Source: Rhizodiscina lignyota
Taxonomy: Eukaryota
NCBI GenBank assembly: GCA_010015805.1
Contig: ML978129.1
Location: 1,054,001 to 1,118,000 of the forward strand
Reading direction: 5' to 3'
DNA: 64,000 nt
Below the pieces are notes generated by a model, which worked only from the letters and a program-made list of their open reading frames with translations, ran no database searches and was not told the DNA's origin. Made by a program: the position numbers and the translations under genes. Positions within the stretch are counted from its first letter, which is position 1. Each line of letters begins with the position of its first letter. Shown one piece after another: positions 11,694-23,187 of the stretch.

Positions 11694-12099
11694 CTGTACT
11701 GAGATTGTACGACCAACAATCCTTCAGCGGCCAGAATGAGATCTGATAACGTAAATCAGATGATTGATGATTGCGGAGACGGCACGGATAAAATGAAATT
11801 GATGACGAGTTTCTTTGTGTAGGACTCTGATCGGACGGAGGAGTGCTTCCTGTAGGGTCGAATAATTAAGACACTGTGAGGCCGAATCTCTTTACTTCAA
11901 TATTTGCCGAGAGGCTTCTGATTTTGAATGGGCTTGGTCTTTCATGTGCGCCTTTTTGGCTGAGCAGAGGGAGAGCTGTTGGTTCGCCAAGGTCCTGCTC
12001 TCTGTGTTCACCTCTAGATCTGTTTCGATATATCCAAGGAGTTCGAGCAAATTAAATGTTGGGTTCTTCGCAATTTCGAAATTCGCTTCCGTGGTTCCG

Positions 12100-12729
12100 T
12101 CACTCTTCCCTTGGTGCGCCCTCAACAACGAAAAATCGCCCCACTTTTCGTTTCGCACTACCCAAAACGTCACAATCCTCTGCATTCTTGATACCCTCAT
12201 CCTGGATCCGTCTAGGCCGCCTCCTTATCCTCTTGTGATGGTTGCCCACAATCTCTTCCTGATCTAATGCATCCTGCATCTCAGCCATTCCTAACGTCCT
12301 CTCTTTGTCCCCGCGCTCTGATTCATCCCGCAAACTACGCAGAGGCTCTACTCCAGTAGTATCGATGCTCTGAATTGACCGCACGAAGTGTAATTGGGAT
12401 GAAAGAGTTTGGAGCATACGCGCTTCTTCGGCCTCGTCTTGTGGAGCTGGGAGTGCAGAAAGTCGGAGGAGATGGTGCAGTTGTTTGGACGTGATTTCTG
12501 GGGTCGTAGGTGCTGATGATTCTTGCGGCGTGGTATTCGTCGAATCATTTGAGGGAGGCAGGAGTGAGCGGACAGACCATGTCGGCTTCGAAAGGAGAGC
12601 TCCTAGTTTCTCCTGGGAGAGGCCCGAACTGGACCGGCATTGTGTAAATGTGACGTGCAAGCGTGAAGTTCTGCTCATAATCGATTTAGGAGCACGCGGG
12701 CAGCAAAGACGCGCTGCACAGATAGCCAT
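12100..12729 (-). CDS. Mitochondrial Glu-tRNA(Gln) amidotransferase GatC/GatF-like subunit
   Basis: Arg/Ser-rich presequence; PTWSVRSLL; LHHLLRLSALP; QLHFVRSIQSIDTTGVEPL; C-terminal GRFFVV. Confidence 0.75.
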   Translation of the reverse strand: MAICAARLCCPRAPKSIMSRTSRLHVTFTQCRSSSGLSQEKLGALLSKPTWSVRSLLPPSNDSTNTTPQESSAPTTPEITSKQLHHLLRLSALPAPQDEAEEARMLQTLSSQLHFVRSIQSIDTTGVEPLRSLRDESERGDKERTLGMAEMQDALDQEEIVGNHHKRIRRRPRRIQDEGIKNAEDCDVLGSAKRKVGRFFVVEGAPREE

Positions 12730-13124
12730 ACTCTCCGAAGGGTCGCAGCGGTAGAACGCGCGCTGGAGGACAAGATATGACAACCAAATTACAAGTCAAA
12801 CAAAATTATGTTCACACTTTCAGAGTCAGAGATTCACAGAAGGTCGTTTAAAAGATTTGCAAGACCGAAGTCTGTTATTTGGATAGAAGGCTCAGTAGAA
12901 TTCTTAGGTTGACGTTGAAAGAAGACTATCGGGCCGTTCGTCGGGCCGTTCTGAAATGGGAAATCACGCGACTAAGAAGAGACACAGAAATCCGATACTG
13001 GTAGAGGTATTTTGTAGGTTTGGTAATAATAAAGTGGATTTAATTTGTTAAATCTAATGTATAAAAGCAATCTCGTGCGCGCTACATGTGAAGGTTTCGA
13101 ATCCAAAAATAATCCATTGCACGC

Positions 13125-15909
13125 TTATAGTCCAGCAGCGCGCATAAGCCCATATCCGAGTGTAATAACCACCATGAACGTGAGAATACTTGCTGGAACG
13201 CCTCTTGTAATGAAATGTTTGACACTAAGATATCTTTGACCGGTTTGGCTGTCCTCCATCATAATGGCCGCTGTAGTGACAAGGTCAGCACCGGCGATTC
13301 AGATTCAATCAACTCAGGAATGAGCACTTACTCATGTTCGGGAATCCGCTTGTAGGCAGACCCATAGCGGCAGAGCACATTAGTACACTGCCCATGACCA
13401 GCAAGTTAGGGTGAGGTTCCTTCATGCCCTGACCAACTTGTGCGACCAATGGTAACACGATGAGCGCAGCAACCGTGTGGCTGATGAACGTCGCGACCAC
13501 CAGAATGAGCGCACAGAATACAACCAGCACGCCGTATAAGCTAAAGCCTTCAACCTTCTCGGTGATGCTCCCAGCAATGGTGTGAAGAAGACCAGAACTA
13601 TTGACTGCTTTGCCCAAGGCGAGACCACCTGCTGCGAGAATGATGATGGTCCACAAGAAATTGTTGAAGTCTTCTTTCGTCAATATGCCAGTACCGAAGA
13701 ACATCACGAGAGGGATAATAGCAATAACACCCATGTCGCCGAAGACCGGCTGGAGCTGGTGACTCGCGCACCACAGTACAATGGTGACGAGAGTGACGGC
13801 AGAGATAAACCACTGGATGCCTGTGAACTTATCCTTCATCGGGCGAATCGGCACGATCGTCGTATTCCGGCCAGGGTGGAGAGTGATCAATAACAGGACC
13901 CAGATCAGCAGAAGCGAGATGATGCAAATAGGCAATGCAATGAAGAACCAGGTACCCCAGTTTGGCTGCGGCTGCATGTTCTGCAGAGCAATAAGATTTT
14001 GTGGCGAGGCGATTGGTGAGGCAGCACCGCCTATATTTGAAGCAAGTGCAATGCCGAGCAGTAGTGCTTTCGACATGTTCGAATCCGCAGGAAGATTACG
14101 GAGGATAGGCTACGAATGGTCAGTACAGATTACCGAAGACTTTTAGATCGATCCGTACCTGGATGATGGAAAAGCATAAAACGGGCGCTGCTACGTTACT
14201 GATCCACATGCTCAGAAATGTAGCCACGAACATGTTTGTCACTAAAACAGTCCGCGGTCGAGTGCCGGCTTTGCTGAGTACAAACGTCGCCATCATTTTG
14301 GCGATGTTATACTTTGATAAAGCAGCTGCGATCGTAAAGCCACCCAAGAGAAGCATAATCACCGGGGTCCACATAGCCGCAAAGACATAGCCCGCGGCTG
14401 CTTTGGAATCCAGACGATAATGCGGTTTCTCATCGTGTCGAACAACGCGTAGGATAACGGCAAAGAATGGGACGAGAAGGGATGTGACAAAGAGCGGTAT
14501 AGCCTATCAACACAATTAGTCTCCCCCATCAAATAGCCAAATTGACTGCTTTCTCACCTCTGTTGCCCAAAGCAAGCTCACAAAAATGACGAGAGCGAGA
14601 CAATTCTGCTGTTCCGGTTTCTCCATAATGGGAACGAACAAAATAACAAGAAATACGGCGGTAATAACCAAAGTGAGGAAAAAGCTCGCGCTCGTCATCC
14701 ACTGTGGAAGTCGATACCGTCCAATTGGTGTCTGCAGCTCCTTCATGTCCATTCCGGTCTCGTCACCTTGTTTCCGGGGATCCGTATCGACGCCAACCAT
14801 TGGCCGACGAACACCCATGTTTGCAGCTTGAGTTCTTCTCTCAATCCCAATGAGTTCACGCCACACAGTGTTACGCTCCCAGACGACATGTTCACGGAGG
14901 TGCAGCCGCAGCTCTTGCTTCGCCACAGTCGTATCACCATGAGTTACTAACGTCGCATACAACTTCTCAATGTTGTCTATGTTACTGTTCAAGTGGTCCA
15001 TGGTCGATTTTTGGAAGGGCTGCGCTGTGCCCACATTATGGCTCATGTAGCTGTCTTTCAGGTTTCGGTCCAGGATCTTGTCGTACTTCTTGAGGACTTT
15101 CTTGAAGCCAGTGTAATTCAGTTGGATGAAGCTTCTCAGTTCGCAGAGATTGACATATAGACTGATTGCGCGTTTCTTCAGTGTGAGGCCTGATTCGTAC
15201 AGCGCTGAGAATGCCATGTCGTTGTAGTCGTCAAATGCAGCCGTGCTCTCTCTCCGTTTCGCCGACCGTGTCTCGTGACGATGCTCTTCGTTATGTTGAG
15301 TCTCCCAGGCCGCATTTCCTGCGACTGTCTGCCTCCGCGCCAATTGCGTTCTCTCATCCGCCTCGTCCTCGTCGTCGCTGTCGAGGTCTTCAGACTGCCT
15401 CTCCTGGCGGTGACTACTCATTGTACTTGTCCGATTCCTCTGGCCCTGGCCAAAGGCAAAGCTCTGAAATAGACTGCTTGACCTTGGCCTCCCCTTTACT
15501 GACCGTGTCGCAGTGGGGCTGTCTGGATTTCCATCTTGCTCTGCCTCGAAGTTGTGCTCATCCCTCAACAAGGCGTCCAGTTCGCCATATATTTCCAATT
15601 CCTTTAATTGGAAGAACGAGCAAATCTTCTCCAGCTCATGGTCTAGCGCATTGGAGAAGACTTTGTCCGGATTATCAATGGACGATCCTGCGAGGAGCGG
15701 GGAGGATTCGGCATCTTGAGTGGTAGTGGCTTCGCTTTGTCGGATTTGCTTCTCGAGCTGATATATCCTGTGCGACTCAGCAAATATACTCTCATGAAGA
15801 TGTCAAACTACCAATATGGAACATACAGTTTCTTGAGATTACTATAGGCGATGTAGTGGCTACTCCAGTCCGGCACAGCATTAAATTGGATGCTATGTGA
15901 GAACTTCAT
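13125..15909 (-). CDS. PHO91: SPX-domain low-affinity phosphate transporter (Pho87/Pho90/Pho91 family), multi-exon
   Basis: SPX start MKFSHSIQFNAVPDWSSHYIAYSNLKKL; LNYTGFKKVLKKYDK; transmembrane motifs SMWISNVAAP, ASNIGGAASPIASPQN and LPTSGFPNM. May have an upstream non-AUG extension (see findings). Confidence 0.9.
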
Positions 15910-16572
15910 CTCGTCCTCCTCTTGGAGCCGCGCGAGCTTCTCCTCCCGTTTCCTCGCTCTTCGTACTTCGCGAGGGTCGAGTAACTCAGATGGGCCTTCT
16001 CCTGGGTATAGCGACGCTTCGGGGAGTTCAAGGAGCTCGAATTCTTCGCCGACGGGTGCCTTTTGACTCTCTTTGGAGGAGTCCAGGGTGCAAGGCGCGT
16101 TGCGGCGAGCTGCGGGGCGTGACCCGATGTCCGCCGCGTGATGTTGAAGATGAAGTGAGAGAAGTGCTGCGCCTGTGCAGAATACGGTAAGCGACGTGGG
16201 ATCGCATTACTCGAGCATCTGCTGGTGGTGGGGTTGTCGATTTCGGGCGATCGATTTTAGTTGATTGTTGGCATGCGGACTTGCAGATGGGCGGGAGCCT
16301 ATGAGGTGTCGAGGGGCCAAAGCTGAAAGGACGCGTATGGGATGGGCATCAAAGCCGGGGCGGTCTTCGAAACAACTGTACAGAACCCAGGGAAGTTTTG
16401 TATCTTGTAGTATTTTGATATATACAATAGTGGAGTAAGATTTGACTGGGAACATATGTTGTCCCTTCTGAAACGCCACACCAATGCGTCCCAATGCCCA
16501 AACGCCTCAAAATGCTCAATGTATGCTGTGCCTAGTAACACTCAATTATAGCCTCTAGCTCCAGTAAATGAC

Positions 16573-16982
16573 TTATTTTCCCCTTCTTGCTGTTGCCGGA
16601 ATTTCTCCGCCTCTCTCTTCGATTTCCTTTATGATTTGCTCCTTCTTCCAGTCCGCAAGACGCTTTTGCTTGAAGTATGTGACCTGCGAAAGTCCATCAA
16701 ATGTGAGCGACATGCTACCCATAAGTCACGTATCTGTAGATGTGGATTACGTACCCAACTCTGTGCACAGTTTTGCTCGAAACCTTTCTCTTCCTTCGGG
16801 CAGTTCTGTGATGCGAGTTTGGCGTCCTTCACCGGATCAATGATATTTGACTTGTCCAGACACGCATAGTATGCATCCCGAGCTTCCCAACACTTTGCAC
16901 GTTCACTCCGGTCAGGAGCGATGAATCCTCCATCAGACGAAGCCGTGCGGGCTTGCTTTTCTGAACCCCATAACCATCCCAT
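16573..16982 (-). CDS. COA6: Cytochrome c oxidase assembly factor Coa6 (Cox6B-like)
   Basis: APDRSERAKCWEARDAYYACLD...C...C..SW|VTYFKQKR; CX9C-CX10C pattern; intron 16684-16754. Confidence 0.85.
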
Positions 16983-18281
16983 TGTGTCTTCACCGCAAGT
17001 CGTTGCTCGATCGTGTGGGTGTGCGATTCAAATGGCAACAAAGATTCGAGAATAGCTTCGTTGCTAGTCGTTATTGATATAGGAGCAAGTCGTCTCGTCC
17101 GTTGGGCAGAGTAGACTGGAGTCGTTGAACTAGGGCAGCTTGCCCAAGTTGACAGAGTTTTCGGCCAATTCGGGGCGAGAGGCTCTCGTCGAGCGTTCGT
17201 AACGTCAATTTCAGCCAAAGTGATGTGCTGCCGGGTTCTTGTATGTAGCACCTGATAAAACTATTAGCAAGGGAGGTCATGAACAGGCGGCTGGTCGGGT
17301 CGGTCTTCCAGTTTTTGTAGGGCCCTTTCTTGAAGATGCCGAACCAGAGGGCGATGAGGATTACTATAGGCAGCGTGCGCTTTTTCAAGCCAATCACAAG
17401 AAAGACTACTGAGAGACAAGCAACCAAAAAGAACATATCGCAAAAGGTCAGAACAATCTAGCAGAAGCACTCAAGACTCCCGCCATTGCCGTACACAAAG
17501 TGAACTCTGGAATTCAAGGTGTCCATAGCCCCATCATTCCAACCGGCCGCATGACGCAGCGCCTCGCCGTAATGGCCTGAGCCATTGAGCGGGCAGTCCT
17601 AGACCCATGCGGTGGAGCGGATGCACAACATTTTACCCACGATTGGTGGCGATCGCGAGTGCGACAGAACACGATAACTTGCTTCCATTTGCAAAGTGCA
17701 ATAACTGGTGCAATTCGAGCCTGTCTTTTCGATGGCTTTCGGTGTTTTCTGTGACTCCACGTACTTCTACATTCTCAACCGGGCAAGCCCCGAAATGGGC
17801 TTAGACTCCGCACGTCTACAGCTCTTATGTCTCCGTCGGCCTGCTTTTCTTCCTATCCTTTCCTTCCACCTGTTCCCGTACTGTCCTTCCCCCGTCAATC
17901 GCGATATATTTACGTCCGTATATGAGCGAATGTCCTTCGGATTCAATGCGAAATATGGTCACTTGGTCGTATGGCGCTCGAGACGAAGAAAGTCGCCCGA
18001 GCCAATACCGAATTGCACATAGAGCTGTGCCATGAGACGGTAAAGTGTTAATAATCCGCGATGGGCTTTGAAATGCCTTGATTCGAAACTGTGGATGCTG
18101 CTTTGAAGCGTAAATTTATCTTCATTTTGTACCTTGGTATCGCCGGCGCTTGACTGCACTAGACCCGAGTCCATCACTATAAAAGAAATACCTCTTCTTG
18201 GTCGCAACCTCTCTTCAGACTCTCGGATTCAGCGTACTTGGAATTATCTTCCCTTACTTCTCCTACTTCAGATCATTCAAA

Positions 18282-19049
18282 ATGCCAGTCACGGAAATCG
18301 TATTTGCACACTTTAAAGACGATGCTTCTCTCTTTGAAGAGAGGCGAAGGGCTATACCAGAGGCTTTCAAGTTCTTCTCTACGGTTCAGGGTACCTTGAG
18401 CCAGAATGCTGGCATAGTTCTGAGGGAGAACAATGTCGATATTTCGAAGGAAGAGAGAGCTGTTCTCGCACTGGGTGAGTCTCCCTGTCCGGTGGGACCG
18501 CCGCAAGTCATTGATAACTTTGGCATTATAGAGTGGGAGTCTCTGGAGCAATTCTACGATGTCATCAAAGGGCCCGGGTTTGCAGACTTCAGGCAGAAGA
18601 TTGCACCCTTCGCAGCGAAGCCCGCTACAATCGAGACATACTCTAACGACGGAAGATCGATTGACGCCATAACAACGCCTGTCACGCAGATCCTGAGAGT
18701 CAAGCCCTCAGCTGATATTAAGGCATGCGAAGCGGAATGGGCGGCCATTAAAGACCTGATCAAAGGCTCCTCCGGAGAGGCGAGATTCTATAGCGGAGTT
18801 GGCGTGGGAAGCGTGGGAGGCGTAGAGGGCTCTTTCCTCGGACTCATAGGCTGGGACAGTCTTACAGTATGCAGCTCCATTTTGTTCTCAGTACAACCGA
18901 TATACTATCGAGCAGCATCTCTAACATATCTGTAGGCTTGTGAGAAGACTTGGAGCACACCTTCTGCGAAAGAGAGGTTGAATAAGCTCCTTGCGACTGG
19001 TGAAGCTTCAGATCATATTGTACAACTGAAGTGTATCCAAAAGCCTTAA
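18282..19049 (+). CDS. Dimeric alpha-beta barrel (ABM-like) protein, 3 exons
   Basis: MPVTEIV start, internal PVTQI repeat, WESLEQF and LIGWDS motifs; introns 18475-18531 and 18868-18935. Confidence 0.7.
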
Positions 19050-20048
19050 GATAGTCGTCCTGTTCTCATTATAGAAAAAATTAATCTCCACTCTGAGTAC
19101 ACACCCCGTGGTCAAATCATTCTCCAACAGCTGTCAGCAACATGCAACATGTTCTGGTTGAAGACGGTGAAAACCATCCCTACTCGGCCAGGAAGTACCT
19201 TACATTTCGCCACAGCTAAAATCACGAAATGCGCCCTGCTGCGGTAGCCGAGATCTCTAAATACTGACACGATGTAATGACTCAAAATGCAACATGTTAC
19301 AAAAGGGCCAGTTCCTCATGAACGGACGAACCAACCAAGTCCTGGCAAGCCCCTCCTATATCTGGATGATCTTATTAGGCCCTTACATGACGGACTTGTT
19401 GCGGACGAGCAGTCGTCATTGTTGTTCTTCCACGACATGTGCAATTTCGCTCCGACGTGGCCGTGATTGTGAGTTGTCGTTCTTCCATTGCCTTCACAAC
19501 GTCGCCCGAGCATCCCTTAGATCATGAACCTACACACTTCCGTAGCCTCCCCACCGCCGCTCGGTGATTGCTTGAATGATGAATAGATCCCTTTCATTGA
19601 CTCCGGAACAGTCTTTCGAGGCTCTCATAGACCGTAGGTTGACAGTCTCTAACACCTGTCATAGTGTCGGTTGAGCGTTTCTCGGATATGTACAAACGAT
19701 TCTTGTATCACATGGACGTAGACGCAAAAGTATTCCTTCAGCAACTGATGAACTTTCTTCCGCAAAGCAGGCCCAGTAAACGGAACACTGCTTCAAACAT
19801 GGAGAGAGTCTGTTAACGCAGCATAGATACCATGCGAAGTTTCACACCAAACCAAACTGCCATCCCCTCTAAGAACAAATCAATATCACATTGAGTCTCA
19901 CTCTCACGAATTCAGAAATACGCCAAAGATAGAGCTGTCGCTCAATTCGACATGCTGAACTCATTAGTATTTGTTCTCTACGCTCTTGCTATGCCGTTGG
20001 CCGCCCGCTTAACATTCATTCCTCTGCCCACCCACCCTCCTCCAGTGT

Positions 20049-20852
20049 TCATCCCATCCAGTCTTCTTCCGCTGTCTGCTTGCGATGTTCCCACCATAGC
20101 ACGACACCGTCCACGAGCCTCGCCCACATCCCCTTGATTCGTCGACCGAAGGCTGAGGCCCGCTGGCTAGAACGATCGGCTTCGTGGGTGTGCTCTTCAT
20201 TGTTCGCCTCCCGACCATGCGTGTCGTAAGATTCGTGCACCACTGCCCTTGGCCACTCAGGACAGTCCCAAGCACCAGCCGAGTTGGCTTCTTGGATAGA
20301 GATGTCTGTGATGTTTTCAGAAAAGTGTGGGTGTCTCCCGATGGGGCTGCGTCTTCTGCGATTGCTCCGGATATCTTCATACTTAGGCGGCGGAGTGATA
20401 GATGAATGCCGACCGCATTGCACAGGGTATGAGGATGAACTGCTCTCACTCTGATAGGGAGGAGGAGGAGGAGTGTTTGTCGAGGTCTCTTCGCTCGCAT
20501 CTGATGTTGCAGATTCGTTCGTGGTTGGCACCTCTGGTGACACTGGCTGGGTCGAAGAGGAAGACGACGTCAGGGAAGAGATGTAAGCGGCCATCTCGTT
20601 GTCGGATTTATTCACTGCTTGAGAACCGTGAATGCCTCGGTGGCATAGAGCAGCAAAGTGGGTGCGAAGGGACGGTTCGAACTTGTTTGTATAAAAGGGA
20701 AGCTGCCGCAACCAACTGATATAATTTTCCGCGTTCAGAGCACATTCCGCGCAAGGGAGATCGGTTGAAGCTATCAGGGTTGGTGCCTCGTTGAAGCTAT
20801 GGAAGAAGCCGGATGAATTTATCGGGCGTGTGTTAGGAGCGGCAGACGTCAT
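20049..20852 (-). CDS. Hypothetical protein with PY motifs
   Basis: Long open frame from ATG 20852 (MTSAAP); Ser-rich; contains PPPY and PPKY. No family recognised. Confidence 0.45.
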   Translation of the reverse strand: MTSAAPNTRPINSSGFFHSFNEAPTLIASTDLPCAECALNAENYISWLRQLPFYTNKFEPSLRTHFAALCHRGIHGSQAVNKSDNEMAAYISSLTSSSSSTQPVSPEVPTTNESATSDASEETSTNTPPPPPYQSESSSSSYPVQCGRHSSITPPPKYEDIRSNRRRRSPIGRHPHFSENITDISIQEANSAGAWDCPEWPRAVVHESYDTHGREANNEEHTHEADRSSQRASAFGRRIKGMWARLVDGVVLWWEHRKQTAEEDWMG

Positions 20853-21238
20853 ATTTTGTAGAATTCCGCAGAGGTAGAAACTGAAAAAACTAGGACCAGG
20901 AGGGGTCACGATACACACTGTATATGAAGCCACGATACAACAATGGATGTCTCTGGTATTTCTTCAGTGGTTCGACAAGCAAGCAAGAGTCTCATTGATT
21001 CCCCGCAGACAACAGCTCTTTGGACTGAAGCATTATTGGAATGTGAACCAATAGAAGTAAAGTTGTCTCAGCAAGAAATATGCCGATGTTTGCGTACGAA
21101 CGTAGTGAAAGAACCTGGCTGTAAAACGTACTGTTCATTTACGCCCCATGAGGGCATGCATCTAGCAAATAATCAGCCCAATTAGGAATGCCTTCAAGCA
21201 TATGCAGTCGAAAGTGCAAGTGCTCCTTTTCTTCACCT

Positions 21239-22132
21239 CTAACTTGTCAGGCGCGCAAACCCAAAAACAAGGTTGATGAGAATGCCCGTAAAGACTGCAA
21301 TTTGCCGTCTTCTTGTCCAAACTCCTTCTTCTCTGAAGCCCCATACGATTGCTCCTAGCGGCCAGAAGAATCCAAACACATTGCCCCAAAGGAAATCGTC
21401 CAGCGTCCTCCCATCATCAACGCCCCATGCTTCTCCATCTGCTTCACCGATACCGTTGCTCCCGCCACCATTGTTTGTGTCATTATCCAGCCAACGATCC
21501 TCGAGTGCCAGCAGCGCGGTTCCAGTGGGCATGTCATCAGGGGTGTGCGTGTGGGATAGAATAGCGAGGAATTGCGTTCGTAGGGCGGCGACTTCTGTGG
21601 CGGTGAATCCTGTCGTGAGGAGGCGATCGAATCCACGAGGCGCAGAAGACGTGGAAGTATCACGCTCTCCGTCATCCGTACTTCTGGCGTTGTCGATGGG
21701 TATAGACGCGCTCTGAGCTGGCGTCAGGAGGCCCTGCTCAGCAGCTTTGGCGGCAGTAGACTCGTCCGCTAACTCCTTCTCCGAAAGAGCGTCACCGATC
21801 GAGCAATGTATGTATAGTTTGATCGGAGGTGGACTCGTAGATCCTCGCACCGGCTGCTTCCCTTTTGCGCCATTCTGATTGAGGTCTCGATTGCTCTTGT
21901 GGAATGATAGATTGAGAGATGCTGAAAGACTCTCGGTATCTGGTAGCACTTTGCCAGCATATATGAGTCGGAGACGTCTCGAAGTGTATGCTACTGGGAG
22001 CTGTTTCCGGATGAGTTGCTTCAACGATAAGCCCGTCGTCCTGCGAGGTGCGTCAATCGTCAATGTTACATCGCCGATAGATGCCGTAAAGCGAACTATG
22101 AGCTCGAGCACCTCATCTGGAGGAGCGTCCAT
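21239..22132 (-). CDS. DSC3: DSC E3 ubiquitin ligase complex subunit 3 (DUF2407)
   Basis: Ubiquitin-like N-terminus (VRFTASIGD; LRLIYAGK; YIHCSIGD), APRGFDRLL..GF..EVAALR.QF, LEDRWLD and two C-terminal TM segments. Confidence 0.88.
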   Translation of the reverse strand: MDAPPDEVLELIVRFTASIGDVTLTIDAPRRTTGLSLKQLIRKQLPVAYTSRRLRLIYAGKVLPDTESLSASLNLSFHKSNRDLNQNGAKGKQPVRGSTSPPPIKLYIHCSIGDALSEKELADESTAAKAAEQGLLTPAQSASIPIDNARSTDDGERDTSTSSAPRGFDRLLTTGFTATEVAALRTQFLAILSHTHTPDDMPTGTALLALEDRWLDNDTNNGGGSNGIGEADGEAWGVDDGRTLDDFLWGNVFGFFWPLGAIVWGFREEGVWTRRRQIAVFTGILINLVFGFARLTS

Positions 22133-22624
22133 GGAGGGCGTATCCAGAGTATCCCAATGTCAGACTGATAACGCGTGTCACTCTTAAGTTCATGGGACGA
22201 TGAGCTCCAATCGCGATCCGCGCATCATGGATCTGGGTAAAGATAGTCCTGCGAGCCTGAGGTCCAGAAATAGAGATCAGTCGTCGTGGCTCCGATCCAG
22301 AAACGTCGCAAGTCTCGATAGACGCGTCATATTAGTCTATACAGGTGTCTGTCGGGGGGAAAGGATCTCTGAGTGACGTTCCCCAAAGGGCTCTGGGCGT
22401 CTTCGGTTATATCAGGGAGCTTCTTCGGTCCCACCGCACCGAATGATCGAGCCAATGACATTGCGCCCTGCTTTCTCAGCGTATCCATTCGACCCGGATG
22501 TAATGCATATTCAGAGGCTTTGTCATCTTGAGGCTACAGTATCTCGACTATATGTAGTGTCAGTCGCGCGAGTGATACTTTGTACTCAAGCAACCAGGTT
22601 TTCCTCGCTGGATAAACTTCCAAG

Positions 22625-23077
22625 ATGCCGATCGTACATATCGTGCTCTTTGAGTTCAAGCCAACAACTCACCACACTGAGATTCAAGATGTACGCCTTT
22701 CAAGCGCAAAGATATGTTGAGATATAGTCCTAAGAGTTTATAAACAGGCCTGTGCTCGGATGCTAGCCCTAAAAGACAAATGCCTTCATCCAACATCAAA
22801 AGCTCTGTACGTCAAGTCGATGGTCGGCGGGCGAGATAACAGCCCAGAAGGTCACCAGGTAGTTGCACAGTTTCTGAATCCATCAATTGGCTGTGATACA
22901 ATAGGACTGACGGTTTCATAGGGAGGATTCACTCATGGGTTCGTCGCGCAGTTTGAGAACGAAGAGGATAGAGCATACTACCTAAACGAGGATCCGGCGC
23001 ATCTAGAATTTGTGAAGAGTCTCGGTCCGATCATTCTAAACGTACGGGTCGTTGATTTTGAGCCGGGGGTATTCTGA
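22625..23077 (+). CDS. Stress-responsive A/B barrel (Dabb) protein, 3 exons
   Basis: Hand-spliced (introns 22691-22747 and 22859-22921): MPIVHIVLFEFK...GGRDNSPEGHQGGFTHGFVAQFENEEDRAYYLNEDPAHLEFV...VVDFEPGVF*. Not in the ORF track. Confidence 0.9.
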
Positions 23078-23187
23078 TCATGAATGAATGGTATTTACAA
23101 ATGTATATCAAGAAGTCTACGACAGTCTGAGAAGATATCAAACGCCGTGCCAATGCGATTGTAAAACGCTCTTGAGCATCATCCATT

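Noticed and set aside
13091..13106. GGTTTCGAATCC resembling a tRNA T-loop/B-box
   Set aside because: No cloverleaf or acceptor stem in the flanks; it lies in the 3' flank of the transporter.
17071..17436. 121-aa hydrophobic ORF upstream of COA6
   Set aside because: No family motif and no convincing gene model. It could be a decayed gene or chance ORF, so it is not supportable.
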